Below are positions 12,864-25,319 of a DNA stretch of 64,000 nucleotides, piece after piece (positions within the stretch are counted from its first letter, which is position 1; each line of letters opens with the position of its first letter). Source of the stretch: Callorhinchus milii (Eukaryota); the NCBI RefSeq assembly GCF_018977255.1, contig NW_024704743.1:66652001-66716000 (forward strand), given 5' to 3'. The notes below the pieces were generated by a model that searched no databases, was not told where the DNA came from, and worked only from the letters and a program-made list of their open reading frames with translations. Both the position numbers and the translations under genes were made by a program.

Positions 12864-13183
12864 TAATAATAATAAATAATCCTTGCATTTGATATAGCGC
12901 TTTTTTATGTCTTCTCGACATCTCAATGCGCTTCACAGACTAGACTGTAAAGTGAATTGACTGTATATTTGTGAGCGGAACGCGGCAGCCAATTGTGCAC
13001 AGCAGTGTCCCATAAACAGTCATGGTTTGAAAATGACCAATTTATTATTGTTTTGTTTTTTGGAGGGATTATTATTAGGCGTGTGGAATAAGGAAACTTG
13101 CCCAAGGTTTCGCCCTGCCTGGAATTGAACCCAGGTGTCTCGCTTGCAAGGCAAATGCTCTAACCACTGAGCTACAGGACTCC
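12864..13183 (-). mobile_element. tRNA-derived SINE (young, full length, ~320 bp)
   Basis: Minus strand GGAGTCCTGTAGCTCAGTGGTTAGAGC...GGTTCAATTCC (A and B boxes), Deu-like core, L2-like tail, (ATT)n. Confidence 0.92.
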
Positions 13184-13599
13184 ACAGAATATACTGTAAA
13201 GTGAATTGACTGTATATTTGTGGGCGAAAAATATTTGCAGTAATGGCGACTGCATTTGTTGCAGAGCCTGTAGTTTTAAATCCCTCCTCACCAGTCTCCC
13301 CATGGTCACCATTCAAAAAATCCAATTAATTCAAACCTCCACCGCTCGTATCCTCACCTGCACTGTACCAAAGCATTGTAAATGCTCTGGTACAGCCCTT
13401 TTGTGCGTTTCTGAAAAGAGATTACCAGAGTCATCCTGACATGGCTTAGTTTACAGTCTCAAATCAGCTAAATACCTTTATATAGGTAGATTAAAGGCTG
13501 AACTGGCCTCAGAATGACGTCTTCTTTTCGTCCGGTAACCCTACCTGTGGGGGAAAGTGAGATATAATATGACAGAAATTGTTTGGTGCAAAGTTGCAT

Positions 13600-14190
13600 T
13601 AAAACAACAACAACTTGCTTCCTGCAGGTTAGTGTCTTGGAGTTTTTCATAGTGCAGAGCTTCATGCCAAGCCAGGGAGAAGAGGGAGATGGCCATAGGT
13701 CTGGTTGAAGAGAAAGATCTTCAGGCATGATCTGAAGATGGGCAAGGAAGAGGCAAGGAGGAGGGACTAAGGCACAGAGTTCCATAGTTTTGGGGTGTCG
13801 TGAGTGAAAGCATGATCACCGATGTTGGAGCAGAGGGGACAAGAGACATGCAGTGGAGAAATGCAGGAGGTCGAACAAAGGATGGGGGTAGAGGAGTGCG
13901 ATGTAAGCAGGTTGGAGAGGTGGCGGAAGAGTGTGCCAGGGCATGAAGGGATTTGTACATATTATCTAAATCTCTGACTGCCCAGCGCCTCGGGACATCC
14001 TCCTGACATGAAAGATGCTATACAAATGTTGTACATAAGTGTGAGAATTTTTAAATTGGAGCCAAGGAGCCGGTCAAATACTGGGTGATGAAGGTACGGA
14101 GTTTGGTGCAGGTAAGGATACGAGCAGTGGAGGTTTTAATTAATTGGATTTTTTGAATGGTGACCATGGGGAGACTGGTGAGGAGGAGTT
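13600..14190 (-). mobile_element. Decayed L2 3' fragments
   Basis: ORF 13721..13960 begins YKSLHALA; 14106-14190 reverse encodes LTSLPMVTIQKIQLI...ARILTCT. Confidence 0.7.
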
Positions 14191-14742
14191 TAAAACTACA
14201 GGCTCTGCATCAAATGCAGTCGCCATTACTACAAATATTTTTCGCCCACAAATATACAGTCAACTCATTTTACAGTATATTCTGTGAAGTGCTTTGAGAC
14301 GTCTAGAAAAGCACTATATCAAATTATTATTATTATTACAGGTATAAACCATATTGCCCAAATCTGAATGAAAAGTGCTTTGGGGCTGGAAATGCAATAT
14401 CACAAAATGTAATTTGCAAACTGGAAGTCACTATCAGCATAGCAGCCTCAAGTATTGCAACTTGAACCCCTTTGTTAGCATTGAGTATTTTCATACTAAA
14501 GTGCTGTGGCAGAGGAGTGGAACATGCACCTGAATTCATAATCCCCAACACAATTGAAGTTCCAGATTTTTTTTCTGACTTATTTGTTAATTTTATCCAT
14601 GATAGTGGATAAAATTAACAAATAAACTGGATGATTGAGACCTTCACCCCTCACCTCCTTCCAGTGGCTGTAAATATGGCCATGTGTATTTTAATGTTGC
14701 CCTGAGCTATATGCCTGTCTGTTTAGCAGCCCAGAGAACAGT

Positions 14743-15182
14743 TATAATAATAATAATAATAATAATCCTTGCATTTGATATAGCGCTTTTCACGTCGGGA
14801 GGACGTCCCAAAGCGCTTCACAGAACACACTGTAAAGTGAATTAACTGTATATTTGTGGGCGAACGCGGCAGCCAATTGCGCACAGCAATAATAATAATA
14901 ATAATAATAATCCTTGCATTTGATATAGCGCTTTTCACGTCAGGAGGACGTCCCAAAGCGCTTCACAGAACACACTGTAAAGTGAATTGACTGTATATTT
15001 GTCCCACAAACAGTCGTAGATTGAAAATGACCAATTTAATTATTGTTTTTGGTTTTTTGGAGGGATTATTATTAGGCGTGTGGAGTAAGGAAACTTGCCC
15101 AAGGTTTCACCCTCTGCCTGGAATTGAACTCAGGTCTCTCACTTGCAAAGCGAGTGCTCTAACCACTGAGCTACAGGACTCC
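14743..15182 (-). mobile_element. tRNA SINE with tandemly duplicated 3' tail
   Basis: Two near-identical (AAT)n-ccttgcatttgatatagcgcttttcacgtc... tails (14743-14887 and from 14888); tRNA head ends at 15182. Confidence 0.88.
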
Positions 15183-15820
15183 AGTGGTTTCATGGTGGTG
15201 GGAAAGGAGCAAGGAAGCTGTGTAAAACAAGTATTGTATATAGTGAAGTAGATGAGAAGACCAGGTTAATGCTCATAAATTAGATAAAGCATTAATATAT
15301 GTTATAGTAATGAGGAGGGTGGAGGTGGAGAGGCAGGACATCTCTTAAATGTAATGGGTCAAATATTATTTTGAAATACTATTCTGGCTATCCAAGTTTC
15401 ATGGCAAATGAGTTACTGCAAATAACGTGCACCACAATCTACCAGCCTTTGTTTACTCAGTAAAGAAATTATCCATCTGCCTCTTAGTACAGATTTACAA
15501 CTCTATTGATATCCCAAATTCAAGTCTTACAGTTGACCAAGTCGATTTTGGTGGAAATCTGGTTAATGTAATAAAATCAAACGTTTATGTGTTTTAACTG
15601 TAGAAAGTTGGCTATCAAATTAAAATTGAATCATTATCCAAAATTCTGAACAATCTTAGATTTTAAAGTATGTGACGTGTTAATTTTCTCAAGGACAGAG
15701 TGAGCTTGCCCTACCACATCCATGCTTTCTGGAAAATGATTTCTCTATCCAGGGAGTGATTTCAGGATGGATAATAAGACTATTGTGTAAATATTTCTTT
15801 CAAATATTATACTCATTTGC

Positions 15821-16450
15821 AGAGTCCTGTAGTTCAGTGGTAAGAGCACTCGCCCCTCAAACGAAAGAACTGGGTTTGATTCCGGGCAGGGCGAAACCTT
15901 GAGCAACTTCCTTACTCCACACCCCTAATAATGATATAAATAATAATAATCCTTGCATTTGATATAGCGCTTTTCATGTCTTTTCGACGTCTCAAAGCGC
16001 TTCACAGAATAGACTGTAAAGTGAATTGACTGTATATTTGTGGGCGAAACTCTGCAGCCAATTGCACACAGCAATGTCCCACAAACAGTTGTAGATTGAA
16101 AATGACCAATTTATTATTGTTTTGTTTTGGAGGGATTATTATTAGGCGTGTGGAGTAAGGAAACTTGCCCAAGGTTTCGCCCTGCCTGGAATTGAACCCA
16201 GGTGTCTCGCTTACGAGGCAAGTACTCTAACCACTGAGCTACAGGACTCAATAATCCTTCAAGAAAAGAAAACAATAATAAATTGGTCACTTCAATCCAC
16301 GACGGTTTGTGGGACACTGCTGTGCGCAATTTGGCTGCCGCGTTTTGCCCACAAATATACAGTCAATTCACCTTACACTATGTTCTGTGAAGTGCTTTGA
16401 GACATCTAGAAGATGTGAAAAGTGCTATATCAAGTGCAAGGATTATTGTT
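15821..16450 (+). mobile_element. tRNA SINE (15821-15932 plus 16250-16450) split by an opposite-strand SINE
   Basis: Head agagtcctgtagttcagtgg...ccacacccctaataat resumes at 16250 as aataatccttc... through the core and tail. Confidence 0.85.
15938..16249 (-). mobile_element. tRNA SINE (young, full length), nested
   Basis: Same family as 12864-13183; flanked by aataat at 15927-15932 and 16250-16255. Confidence 0.92.
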
Positions 16451-16555
16451 ACTATTATTTAGAATTTCTAAAATATATTTTCAATTTCAATTTAATTTAA
16501 ATTTATTCCGGTGGACAAGTCTAGAAAAAAATTGTGAATTAAACATTTTTTAAAT

Positions 16556-17511
16556 CAACAACAACAACATGATTGCATTTATAGAGCGCCTTTCACGTCG
16601 GGAGGACGTCCCAAGGCGCTGGACAGTTGGATCGGGACCCGAGCAGGGAGGAAATGGTCAGGGTGAGGGGAGGGAAGGGAGGGAGTGAGGAGGGGGTAGA
16701 GAGTCGAGAGGGGAGCTGAAGGCACGGTCGAAGAGAAAGGTCTTGAGACCGGCCTTGAAGGAGGAAAGGGAGGAGGCGGCGAAGGCACTGGGGGATAGAG
16801 TTCCAGAGCCTCGGGGCTGAGAGGCTGAAGGCCCGGCCACCGATGGTAGGGCGGTTGGGGCGGGGGATGTGGAGTAGACCGGAGACAGAGGAACGGAGGG
16901 TACGGGCAGGTAAGTAGGGGGATAGTAGGTCGGAGAAGTAGGAGGGAGCGAGGCCGTGAATGGCCTTGTAGGTGAGGATGAGGATCTTGAATTCGATCCT
17001 CTGGGGGATGGGGAGCCAGTGGAGGCGAGCGAGGGTGGGAGTGATGTGGTCCCGAAGCCTGGTGCGGGACAGTACACGAGCTGCAGAGTTCTGAATGACC
17101 TGCAGATTGTGGAGGGAGGTGGCGGGAAGGCCGGCGAGGAGAGAGTTCCCATAGTCCAGCTTTGAGGTGATAAAGGTGTGGACCAGTGTTTCAGCAGCGT
17201 GAGGGGTGAGGTAGTGCCGTAGTCTGGCGATGTTTCGGAGGTGATGGAAGGCGGTGCCAGTTGTGGTGCGGATGTGGGGAAGAAAGGACAGCTCAGGGTC
17301 GAACAGAACCCCGAGGTTCCTGACTGGCTTTGAGAGGTGGAGAGTGCAGCCTTGGATGCTGATGGTGTCAGCGCCTGAGGTGCGGAGACACTGACGTGAG
17401 CCAATCAGGAGGGCCTCAGTTTTGCGCACGTTGAGCTGAAGAAAGTTGTCTCTCATCCAGGACTCGATGTCAGACAGGCAGGCTGTCAGGACATCGGTGG
17501 TCGTGGAGTTG
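16556..17511 (-). mobile_element. Young L2 LINE 3' fragment
   Basis: 287-aa ORF ([43 protein letters not shown]), nearly identical to 54930-55973; complete 3' tail with (TTG)n. Confidence 0.95.
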
Positions 17512-18400
17512 GATGAGTCTTATTAAAATTCTGTCCTGGAACATTCAAAATAGAATCACATACTTAAAGATTGATTATAATAATGATAATAGCAATCCTT
17601 GCATTTGGAATAGCACCTTTCAAATCCTGAACGGGTTAGGGGAGAGGATAGTCTCAAAACGTATGGCAGGATTTACTGTAATACCAGTGAAGTGACTGAG
17701 CATTTGTAGGCAAATGCCAGCAACAACAACAAAATCCAATTTATAGGATCTTTCATGTCGGAAGGACAAAGCTTATTTGCACACATCAATGTTCCACAAA
17801 CAGCCATGAAACGAATGACCAATTTTATTTAGAGGATTGTTGGTCAGGAAGCCAGAAGTAACTATTTTTGAATTGTAACATGGGAACTTTAACATCCACC
17901 TGAATAGGCAGAGAAGACCTCAGTTTAATTCTCATCTAAACATCAGTATCACCAGCACTGCATTGAAGTGTCAGCCTGCCCTAGATTATGATTGATTTAT
18001 GCTCCAGGATTTTGTTATAATACTCCGTCCAGATTTAAGATTGGAACATTATGTGCAAACTTGCGAACTAGATAGTTTTTGCCAGAATTGTCCAGGTCAA
18101 TTTTAGGATAGACATTAGAAAGCATTTCTTTATCCAGAAATAATTAAGGATTGGAAAAAATTACCAGAAAACGGTGGTTGAGGATAGGATGCTGAATTTA
18201 TTTGAGAAGCACTTTGATACTGTATTCTAGAAAGATGAGATTAAATGAACCAAAATGTCATCTTTATCGAAACCTCTGTGATCTTGTGAAATTGAAAATT
18301 TGATTTAAGATTCAACATAATTTCTGCTTGAAGTTTTTTTTAAGATACTAATCTAAAGGCTAAGACTCTGAGAACTTTCTGATCTCTGAATGGTCTAAAT

Positions 18401-18588
18401 CAGGGTGGTCCAACCTTTTGGCTGCTGAAGGCCGGATGCCCTATTTGAGAAACGTCCGTCACATAAGCAATATTTTTATGGTTCCCTTCCAGAAACATAA
18501 CATTTACAGGTTATGGAGGGAGTGAGTGGGCCAGGAGAATTGGAGGGAGGGGTTAACTGGCCCATGGGCCACCAGTTGAACCACCCTA
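18401..18588. mobile_element. hAT-type MITE
   Basis: TIRs CAGGGTGGTCCAAC and GTTGAACCACCCTA; 8-bp flanks gtctaaat (18393-18400) and ttctaaat (18589-18596), 7/8 identical. Confidence 0.8.
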
Positions 18589-19953
18589 TTCTAAATAGAA
18601 ATGGTCTACATACTAATTATTTTACTTTGACAAGATGTTTATAATGCATGCAGTCCCTTCTAACAGATAAGTAACGTGAAGCTCTTTCTGTTGTAAGGTT
18701 ATTGGAAAGACCAGCTGTTCCACCTTTCCTCTTTCATTATAGTTCAGGTTTCAGGACTTTATCTCCTGCAAGCCATTACTGACCTATTATTATATATTGC
18801 AAAGGATTTTATTGCCCTGTAACTGAGTTGAGAAGCTAGAAACCAATGCCATTCAAATCACATTGTATTATAGTACTTCAGTTCATGTGAGCATGACATC
18901 TGCTCCCTTCTTTCACACTGTTAAATGTCAAAAAGAGTGTGGCAGAAGCGGAAGAGGATCAGCCACAATCTCCACGCTTATGTAGTTCATTGGAGTTTTT
19001 CAAGGACACCGTCATTCACACAAGTGAGAATGACATCGAAAAGCAGATCAAGTTTCATGCTTTTGGTAATCATGTCATCTCAGCCTCTTGGCCTCCTGTA
19101 ACATGAAGTCCTATGTCAAATTCATAGGAACATAATAAAATGGGGAAAACAGGAAAAGGAGGAAGCCATTCAGCTCATCGAGTCTGCTCCACCAGTTTAT
19201 TAAAATTTGACAGAGTTTTTCATCCCAATGCCTGCCCTTTCGCTATGAAATCATGTCTGATTTTGTTAATGGTATTCACATCTCTGCCTTGCTACATTCT
19301 GGATTCAAGCCCTACATCAAGACGTAAGCACGTAAGCTAACATTGTAGTGCAGGTGGCCCCAGTTCTCGGAAGAAATGCAATTGTGTTTCAAAAGCCTAC
19401 AGCATTGTATTATATTGATGTCACCTATGCCCTTACCTACATCTACTGCATCCCTGACATCTTACAGGAGCTGCCACAGTTGATCCGGTACATTATCTTG
19501 AAGCAGGCTGTGATCTGTGCATGATGTGGTAATGCTTCGAGCACTGAACAGTCGAGGCTAAACGATTATTTGGTGCACTATTGGTGCATGTAGTGCATAG
19601 ACTTTGCTGTGCGCAAATTGACCACCATGTTCACCTACAAAATAAAGAGTCATTACGCTTTACAGTATAACCTGTGCAGTGCTCTGCTTCCCACATGAAA
19701 GATGCTATATCGTTACAGTGTGTTCTGTGAAGCGCTTTGGGACGTCCTCCCGACGTGAAAACCGCTATATCAAATGCAAGGATTATTATTATTATATCAA
19801 ATGTAAATATTATTATGATTAATAATCATTGTTATATCCTGCATGAATGATGTGTTGGCCCTGAACCTTGTTGGTTTCCCTCACCTCATCCTGCTGGTTT
19901 CCAAATTGAAACCATTTGTACGGTGCCATTTCTCATAAAAATTGCCATGTGAA

Positions 19954-20609
19954 TATTACAGTGAAGTTGTGAAACCATCAAATCACTGAAATTAGGAGTC
20001 AGGGATTTCATGAAAAAATGAACCCAGCAATCGACAGGGGTAGGGAAGATCACAGGAACATCCTTGGTGTTATCATTAAAAGAGATTTAGACACTGACCA
20101 GTACAAGATAGCAGTGAAGGCCGGCATCCTGAGGGGTCACAATTCCAGGAACCAACTTGACCTCTGCCAAAACAATTGTTAACAGAGGAGAAGTCAGTGT
20201 TACTCCGTGAAGCTGTCATTGCACAGTCTGTTTGTGGTGGATGAAGTTTTATGAAGTGTATCTTCGGTCAGAAGAAATGTCAGACCAACCATTGTAAGTG
20301 CTTCAAAGCAAAACTAAAATGTAACTCCTGATGTCATGGAAGCCTTACTTGTGTTAACAAATGAACATTCGACTCATCAGTGGATAAAATGTCACGTGAA
20401 GCTCATGGTGAATAAAATATAAATATTTTCATAACATGTTATTTATTTGTTAATAATGCTAGCAAATGTCAAGTGTTATCAATATGATGAAATGATCATT
20501 TTTTCACAAAATTACTGACTCGTAATTTCAGTGATTTCATGGTTTCACAACTTTACTGAAATTTTCAGGGATTTCGCAAAATTCCTGGTTTCACAATTTT
20601 ACTGTAACA
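19954..20609 (+). mobile_element. Non-autonomous DNA transposon with long TIRs and a Ginger2/KRBA2-like transposase C-terminal remnant
   Basis: Left tattacagtgaagttgtgaaacca versus right reverse complement tgttacagtaaaattgtgaaacca; a ~65-bp inverted match to 20496-20560; flanks tgaa/taaa. Manual translation of 20018-20364 gives PAIDRGREDHRNILGVI...YKIAVKAGILRG..SRNQLDLC / LREAVIAQSVCGG*SFMKC...KCQTNHCKCFKAKLKCNS*CHGSLTCVNK*. Confidence 0.78.
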
Positions 20610-23304
20610 TAAAGTTATGTTACCTCGATAGTTATGAGCCCTTGGTAGACGAGTGTTATTCACCATGTTAATCAGGCTCTAGAGCTTTGATCTGACAATG
20701 ATTTATGATCGGTTACGGTGCTACATTTGTAAGATTTCAAAAGGGAACTTAGCTTTCAAAATGGAACATGATAACTATCTCCAGGGCTATGCAGAAGGGC
20801 AAGTAAATGTGACTGAAAGGATTCCTCTTAAAAAAAACAGCACAGACACAATGGGTCAATTGGCTTTCTTCTCTACTGTAAATTTCTATGGTTTCTATGG
20901 TTCTAAGATTTAGCACTTTCCAAAGATGAAGACTCACAAAGTGGAATCTTCCTGGCACTTATCTGATAACACTTTGACTCCATAAAGCCTCTTTCATTTT
21001 TACTTGTGAAGTGTTATGTGAGATCATAGACACTATATCAAATGCAAATGCAAGTATTATTATCTTAACCGCTGCGTTCAGCAATTTCTTAATTTTAAAA
21101 TCATTTAATCCTCTTCACGCAGGATGGGGAGAAACAAGAGATAAAAAGCAAGGTTATTCACTTCCATTGTCAGTACTTTAAATCAGTTCTTGAAGCAATT
21201 GACATTGAGACAATATAATATTAAGAGATCGGTGGTTGTATTGCTAGTTAACTGCCATTTAGATTCTGTGACACCCTTTTTTAAATTGACTCGATGATAG
21301 AATTAAGCTGTTAGACCTGAAGAGTAAACATGGCTGTCAACCAGATAAAACAAATTAATTTTGTTTTGTTCTTCTGTCCGTGAACTTACTTCATAACAAT
21401 AACAAATCTATCTGCGGGCTGTCAGCGAACAGAATTACTTTTTCATACAATTCGAACAAGAGGGTAGGTTGGCCTAACCTCAGGCCCCCTGGGCCTGTCA
21501 AAGCATTTCCCTGAACGTTATAAGCCAGATGCCATACGATTACTGCTAGGCAGTCTTATAATAGAGGCCCACGCACTTAACCTCCAAGGCATGATTTAAT
21601 CAATCTGCTTTAGTGCCATTAAAATCTTCACAACAGAATACCAAGGCAGATACAAATCTGAAACAATTTCTGGCTGCTTTCTTTCAATCTTTTTGAATTG
21701 GGAAAAATCTTCTGTTGCCTTAGCCTTATTAGACATGATGTTGATATTATGTTTTCTTTAAACTTTAGCCACTTAAGGAATCATAGAGGAATTATAGAGT
21801 TCTGACCACATTATGTTACTCAATTATTGTTGAGGATAATTAAGGACCGCTTTATTGACTGGAGAGGAATTGTTGTTAAAATGTGTCCTTAAAACCTGCC
21901 AGTTCCTGGCAGCTGAAGTGACCTTTACATTTTTAATCTGAACTTTAAATTATTTTACTCAAGATCAATATTGATATATTTTTCTTCCATTGACCCAACC
22001 GATCCCTCCACTCAGCTAACACTTGTCTGCTTCATATCCCCCACCCAATCCATCCCACCATCAGCTACCTTTCAAATATTCTGCTCTCCTCCCCACCTTT
22101 GAAACTCCATCCTGGAATCCCTCCACCTTGCCCCTCCTCCCCCACATTTAAAACCTGCCTTCAGACTTATCTTTTTGACCACACTTGAAATCATCATTTT
22201 CTCCCTTCCTACTCTCCTCAATTTCCCCGACCTCCAGGTGTCCAATCAGCTGTGTGGAGCAATTTGAATCTTCCTCCAGACATGAAAAGAGCTATATAAA
22301 TGTAAGACCTTCACATGTAAATTTTGCCAAGTGTAGTGACTATATTTGAGGGCAAAAACGGCAGCTAATTTGTGCAAAGTCATGCTGGGAAAATAAAATG
22401 AATGATCAATTTTATCTAAAGCATTGTTGATCACAATTCTTCTCTTTTCAAATACTGTCTTTAATGACATGAATTAAGAAATAATTAACACATAAGAACA
22501 AATACTATGGGCAAGAACTAAAAGAGTCAGTCTTAGAAACAGAGCATAAATGGTATGATTCAGTACCGTACAATTCAAATTTATTTAGCTCCTTTCATGT
22601 TGGAAGGACATCTCAAAGCGCATGAGGAAAAATTACGTATAAGAGAAATGATATGACAGTGAAATAATATGTTTTCTCAATAAGTGAGAAGGAAACGACA
22701 TCTGATACCATTAAACCAAGATCCTATCTGCCTGTTCACATAAATGTTAAACGTAGACATTAATGACCCACCACATTATTCAAAAAGAGAAGGGAGTTTT
22801 CCTGGTGTCCTAGCCAACAATCCCCCAGATAAAATTGGTCAATCTCTTCATGGCTGTTGTGGGAAATGTACTGTAAAGTGCAGTGATTGTATGAAGAGAT
22901 TAGCTGCCTTGTCACATACAAATACTCACAGCATTTTACAGTCAAACTCTGTAAAGAGCTTTGAGATGTTTCGACAATATGATAAGGTGCTGTATCAAAT
23001 GCAAATATTATTGTTGTGTTTATAAATCAATTCTTTAATCTACAATTTAAAAATTCCTGGCCTAAAAATGTTTTCCATGTGAAACTGTATTGTAGAATAT
23101 TGTTGAAAATGCATTGTAGAATATCCCTCAGTGTGTCAGGACACAGCTAACTTACTAAATCTGTAAATAGGGTCCATTCTCAGTGCAGTCACAAATACTC
23201 ATAATAGTGACAGTTACAAAATCACAGGCTTACTCCAGAAGAAGAAGAATCTTTGCATTTGATGAAGCACCTCTAATGTTGAACCATGACAAAATGCAAC
23301 AAAA

Positions 23305-23650
23305 ATAACAATAATAATAATAATTCATGAATTTGATATAGTGCTTTATCATATCATTGAGACGTGTCAAAGCACTTCACAGAATATATTGTAAAGTATT
23401 GTGGACGAAACATGGTAACCAATTGGGCACAGCAATGTCCCACAAACAATCGTGGATTGAATGATCATATTTTTTGGGGGGGAAGGATTATTACCTCCGG
23501 AAAGCAATCCACCAATCGTCTAACACCTGGGTTCCTACTTACTGCTAGGTGAACAGAGGCATGTGGAGTAAGGAAACTTGCCTAAGGGTTTGCCTCACCC
23601 AGGAATCGACCCCAGGCCCTCTCGCTTGTGAGGCGAGAACACTAACCACA
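23305..23650 (-). mobile_element. tRNA SINE, long subfamily
   Basis: Shares the extra block aaagcaatccaccaatc...cctgggttcctacttactgctaggtgaacagaggcatgtggagtaag with 4483-4850. Confidence 0.8.
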
Positions 23651-23924
23651 AACAAACCTTGTTTTGACATCCTATCTGCACTGTTGAAGGACGTCACTTT
23701 TGACAATGCAGCATTCGGCAGTGTTAGTTTGGGCTATGAGGTCAAAATCCTCATGTGCAGCTGGAATCCTTCTGACTCAGAGACAAGAGCGCTGCCAGCT
23801 GAGACAAGAATAAATCTAGGGATGAACATTAACCCTAATTTATAGAGTAATTCAACTGGGGCTATTTTATAACTTATTAAAAAATGGTGGTATACATGGA
23901 CAGGGGAATATATCCAATATATTC

Positions 23925-24300
23925 AACACCAACAGCAACTTTTATTTATATAGCACTCCTAACACAGGGTAGCATCGCAGAGTGTCGGACAGTGTCGGAG
24001 CATGACACCAAGCTGGTGGAGGGGGGATGGGGGAGGTGACCGTAGGCATGGTTGAGGAGGAAGGTCTTCAGGTGCTATCTGAAGATGGGAAAGGAAAGGA
24101 CAAGGCAGAGGGATATAGGAAGAGTGTTCCGGAGTTTCGGGGAGTAGTGTCTGAAAGTGCGACCACCGGTGGAACAGAGGACACGAGGGATATGAGCAGA
24201 TCAAGGCCAGTTGAGCGGAGGAGGCGGGTAATTGGTTTGGGAGAAAGCAGGTCAGAGATGTAGAGAGGTTCCATGGCATGAAGTGGTTTGAAAACGAGTG
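23925..24300 (-). mobile_element. L2 3' fragment
   Basis: ORF 24068..24274 PLYISDLLSPKPITRLLRSTG; tail resembles that of 9804-9900. Confidence 0.75.
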
Positions 24301-25319
24301 TGACAATATATATTGCTTAATCAAATAAAACCATATACAGTTTGAAATTTCATCTTGCATTAGACTTGCATCAAACTTAACTTAGAATATGGTTCTTTTT
24401 GTGAAAGTCAGAAAGTCCATTTCCAAGTAAAGAATTGATTAAAAATGTTACAAAATTCTGCACCATTTAAAATTTTAGACAAAATAGTAATATAGGTTAA
24501 GATTAGGTGGAATGTTAGGCCTATAATTCTGTTTAAAATACATAATGAGCAGAGCTAATTTTCAGTCTTATAGATATCCGCCATTTAACATTTGTAGCAG
24601 CCCAGTATCCGGTAAACAAAATTCAAAATTGTAATAATCCTGCCGATGAAGATAAATTAACTGTGAGTGAAAGATGAAGGATGCAGGATGGGGAATTGAA
24701 AAGAAAGTAGTATTTTTATGGCTGTGGCCTTTTAACATTGCAATTTGTCCATTTGTTGCATGAAAGGCTCCATCAAGTCGGTGGGCTGGCAACCTGCAGT
24801 GGTGCTTGCATTGTGATTAACCGCATTAACCAGCTGAAGATATGAAACCATCCTTGTCACCTCAGCAGCATGCTACACATTAATAGGACAAAGGCATACG
24901 TGGCCGGTAATGAGGCCTTAGAGAGTCAAGAGTGTCCTAGGTTACAGCAGTGTGTTTTTCCATTAATTCCTGTGCCAAATGGTTAGGCATTCATACATTT
25001 TTCATGTTTTTGTCTATTCTTTTCCTTTCTTTCATTTTCAAACCTGCTTTTTGTTTATTTTCTTCTCTTTATTACAGTGTGGCTCACAAGGATTATACGC
25101 ACGTTAAATCCATCCTCTTAAATAAGCCACTTTTGATTTGTTGGCATTGGTGTTAGTGAATTGCATCCATTTGCTGTTGTAGTCCATAAAGGATTTTGCT
25201 GTCTTTCTGCACGAGATAATCCAACCTTAAAGAGAGAAGTAAAATGAAAAAAGATCAGATCAAATACATTTCAGTATACATTAGGTCTAACAGCCTACAA
25301 ATTAACCTATTAATAGATA

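Noticed and set aside
14743..16450. Recurring near-identical segments that might suggest a CRISPR-like array
   Set aside because: They are SINE copies and tails with irregular spacing in a eukaryotic context; no repeat-spacer periodicity or cas genes.
18897..19106. ~70-codon stop-free plus-strand stretch (..VAEAEEDQPQSPRLCSSLEFFKD..)
   Set aside because: No clear splice sites or homology; length is within chance expectation.
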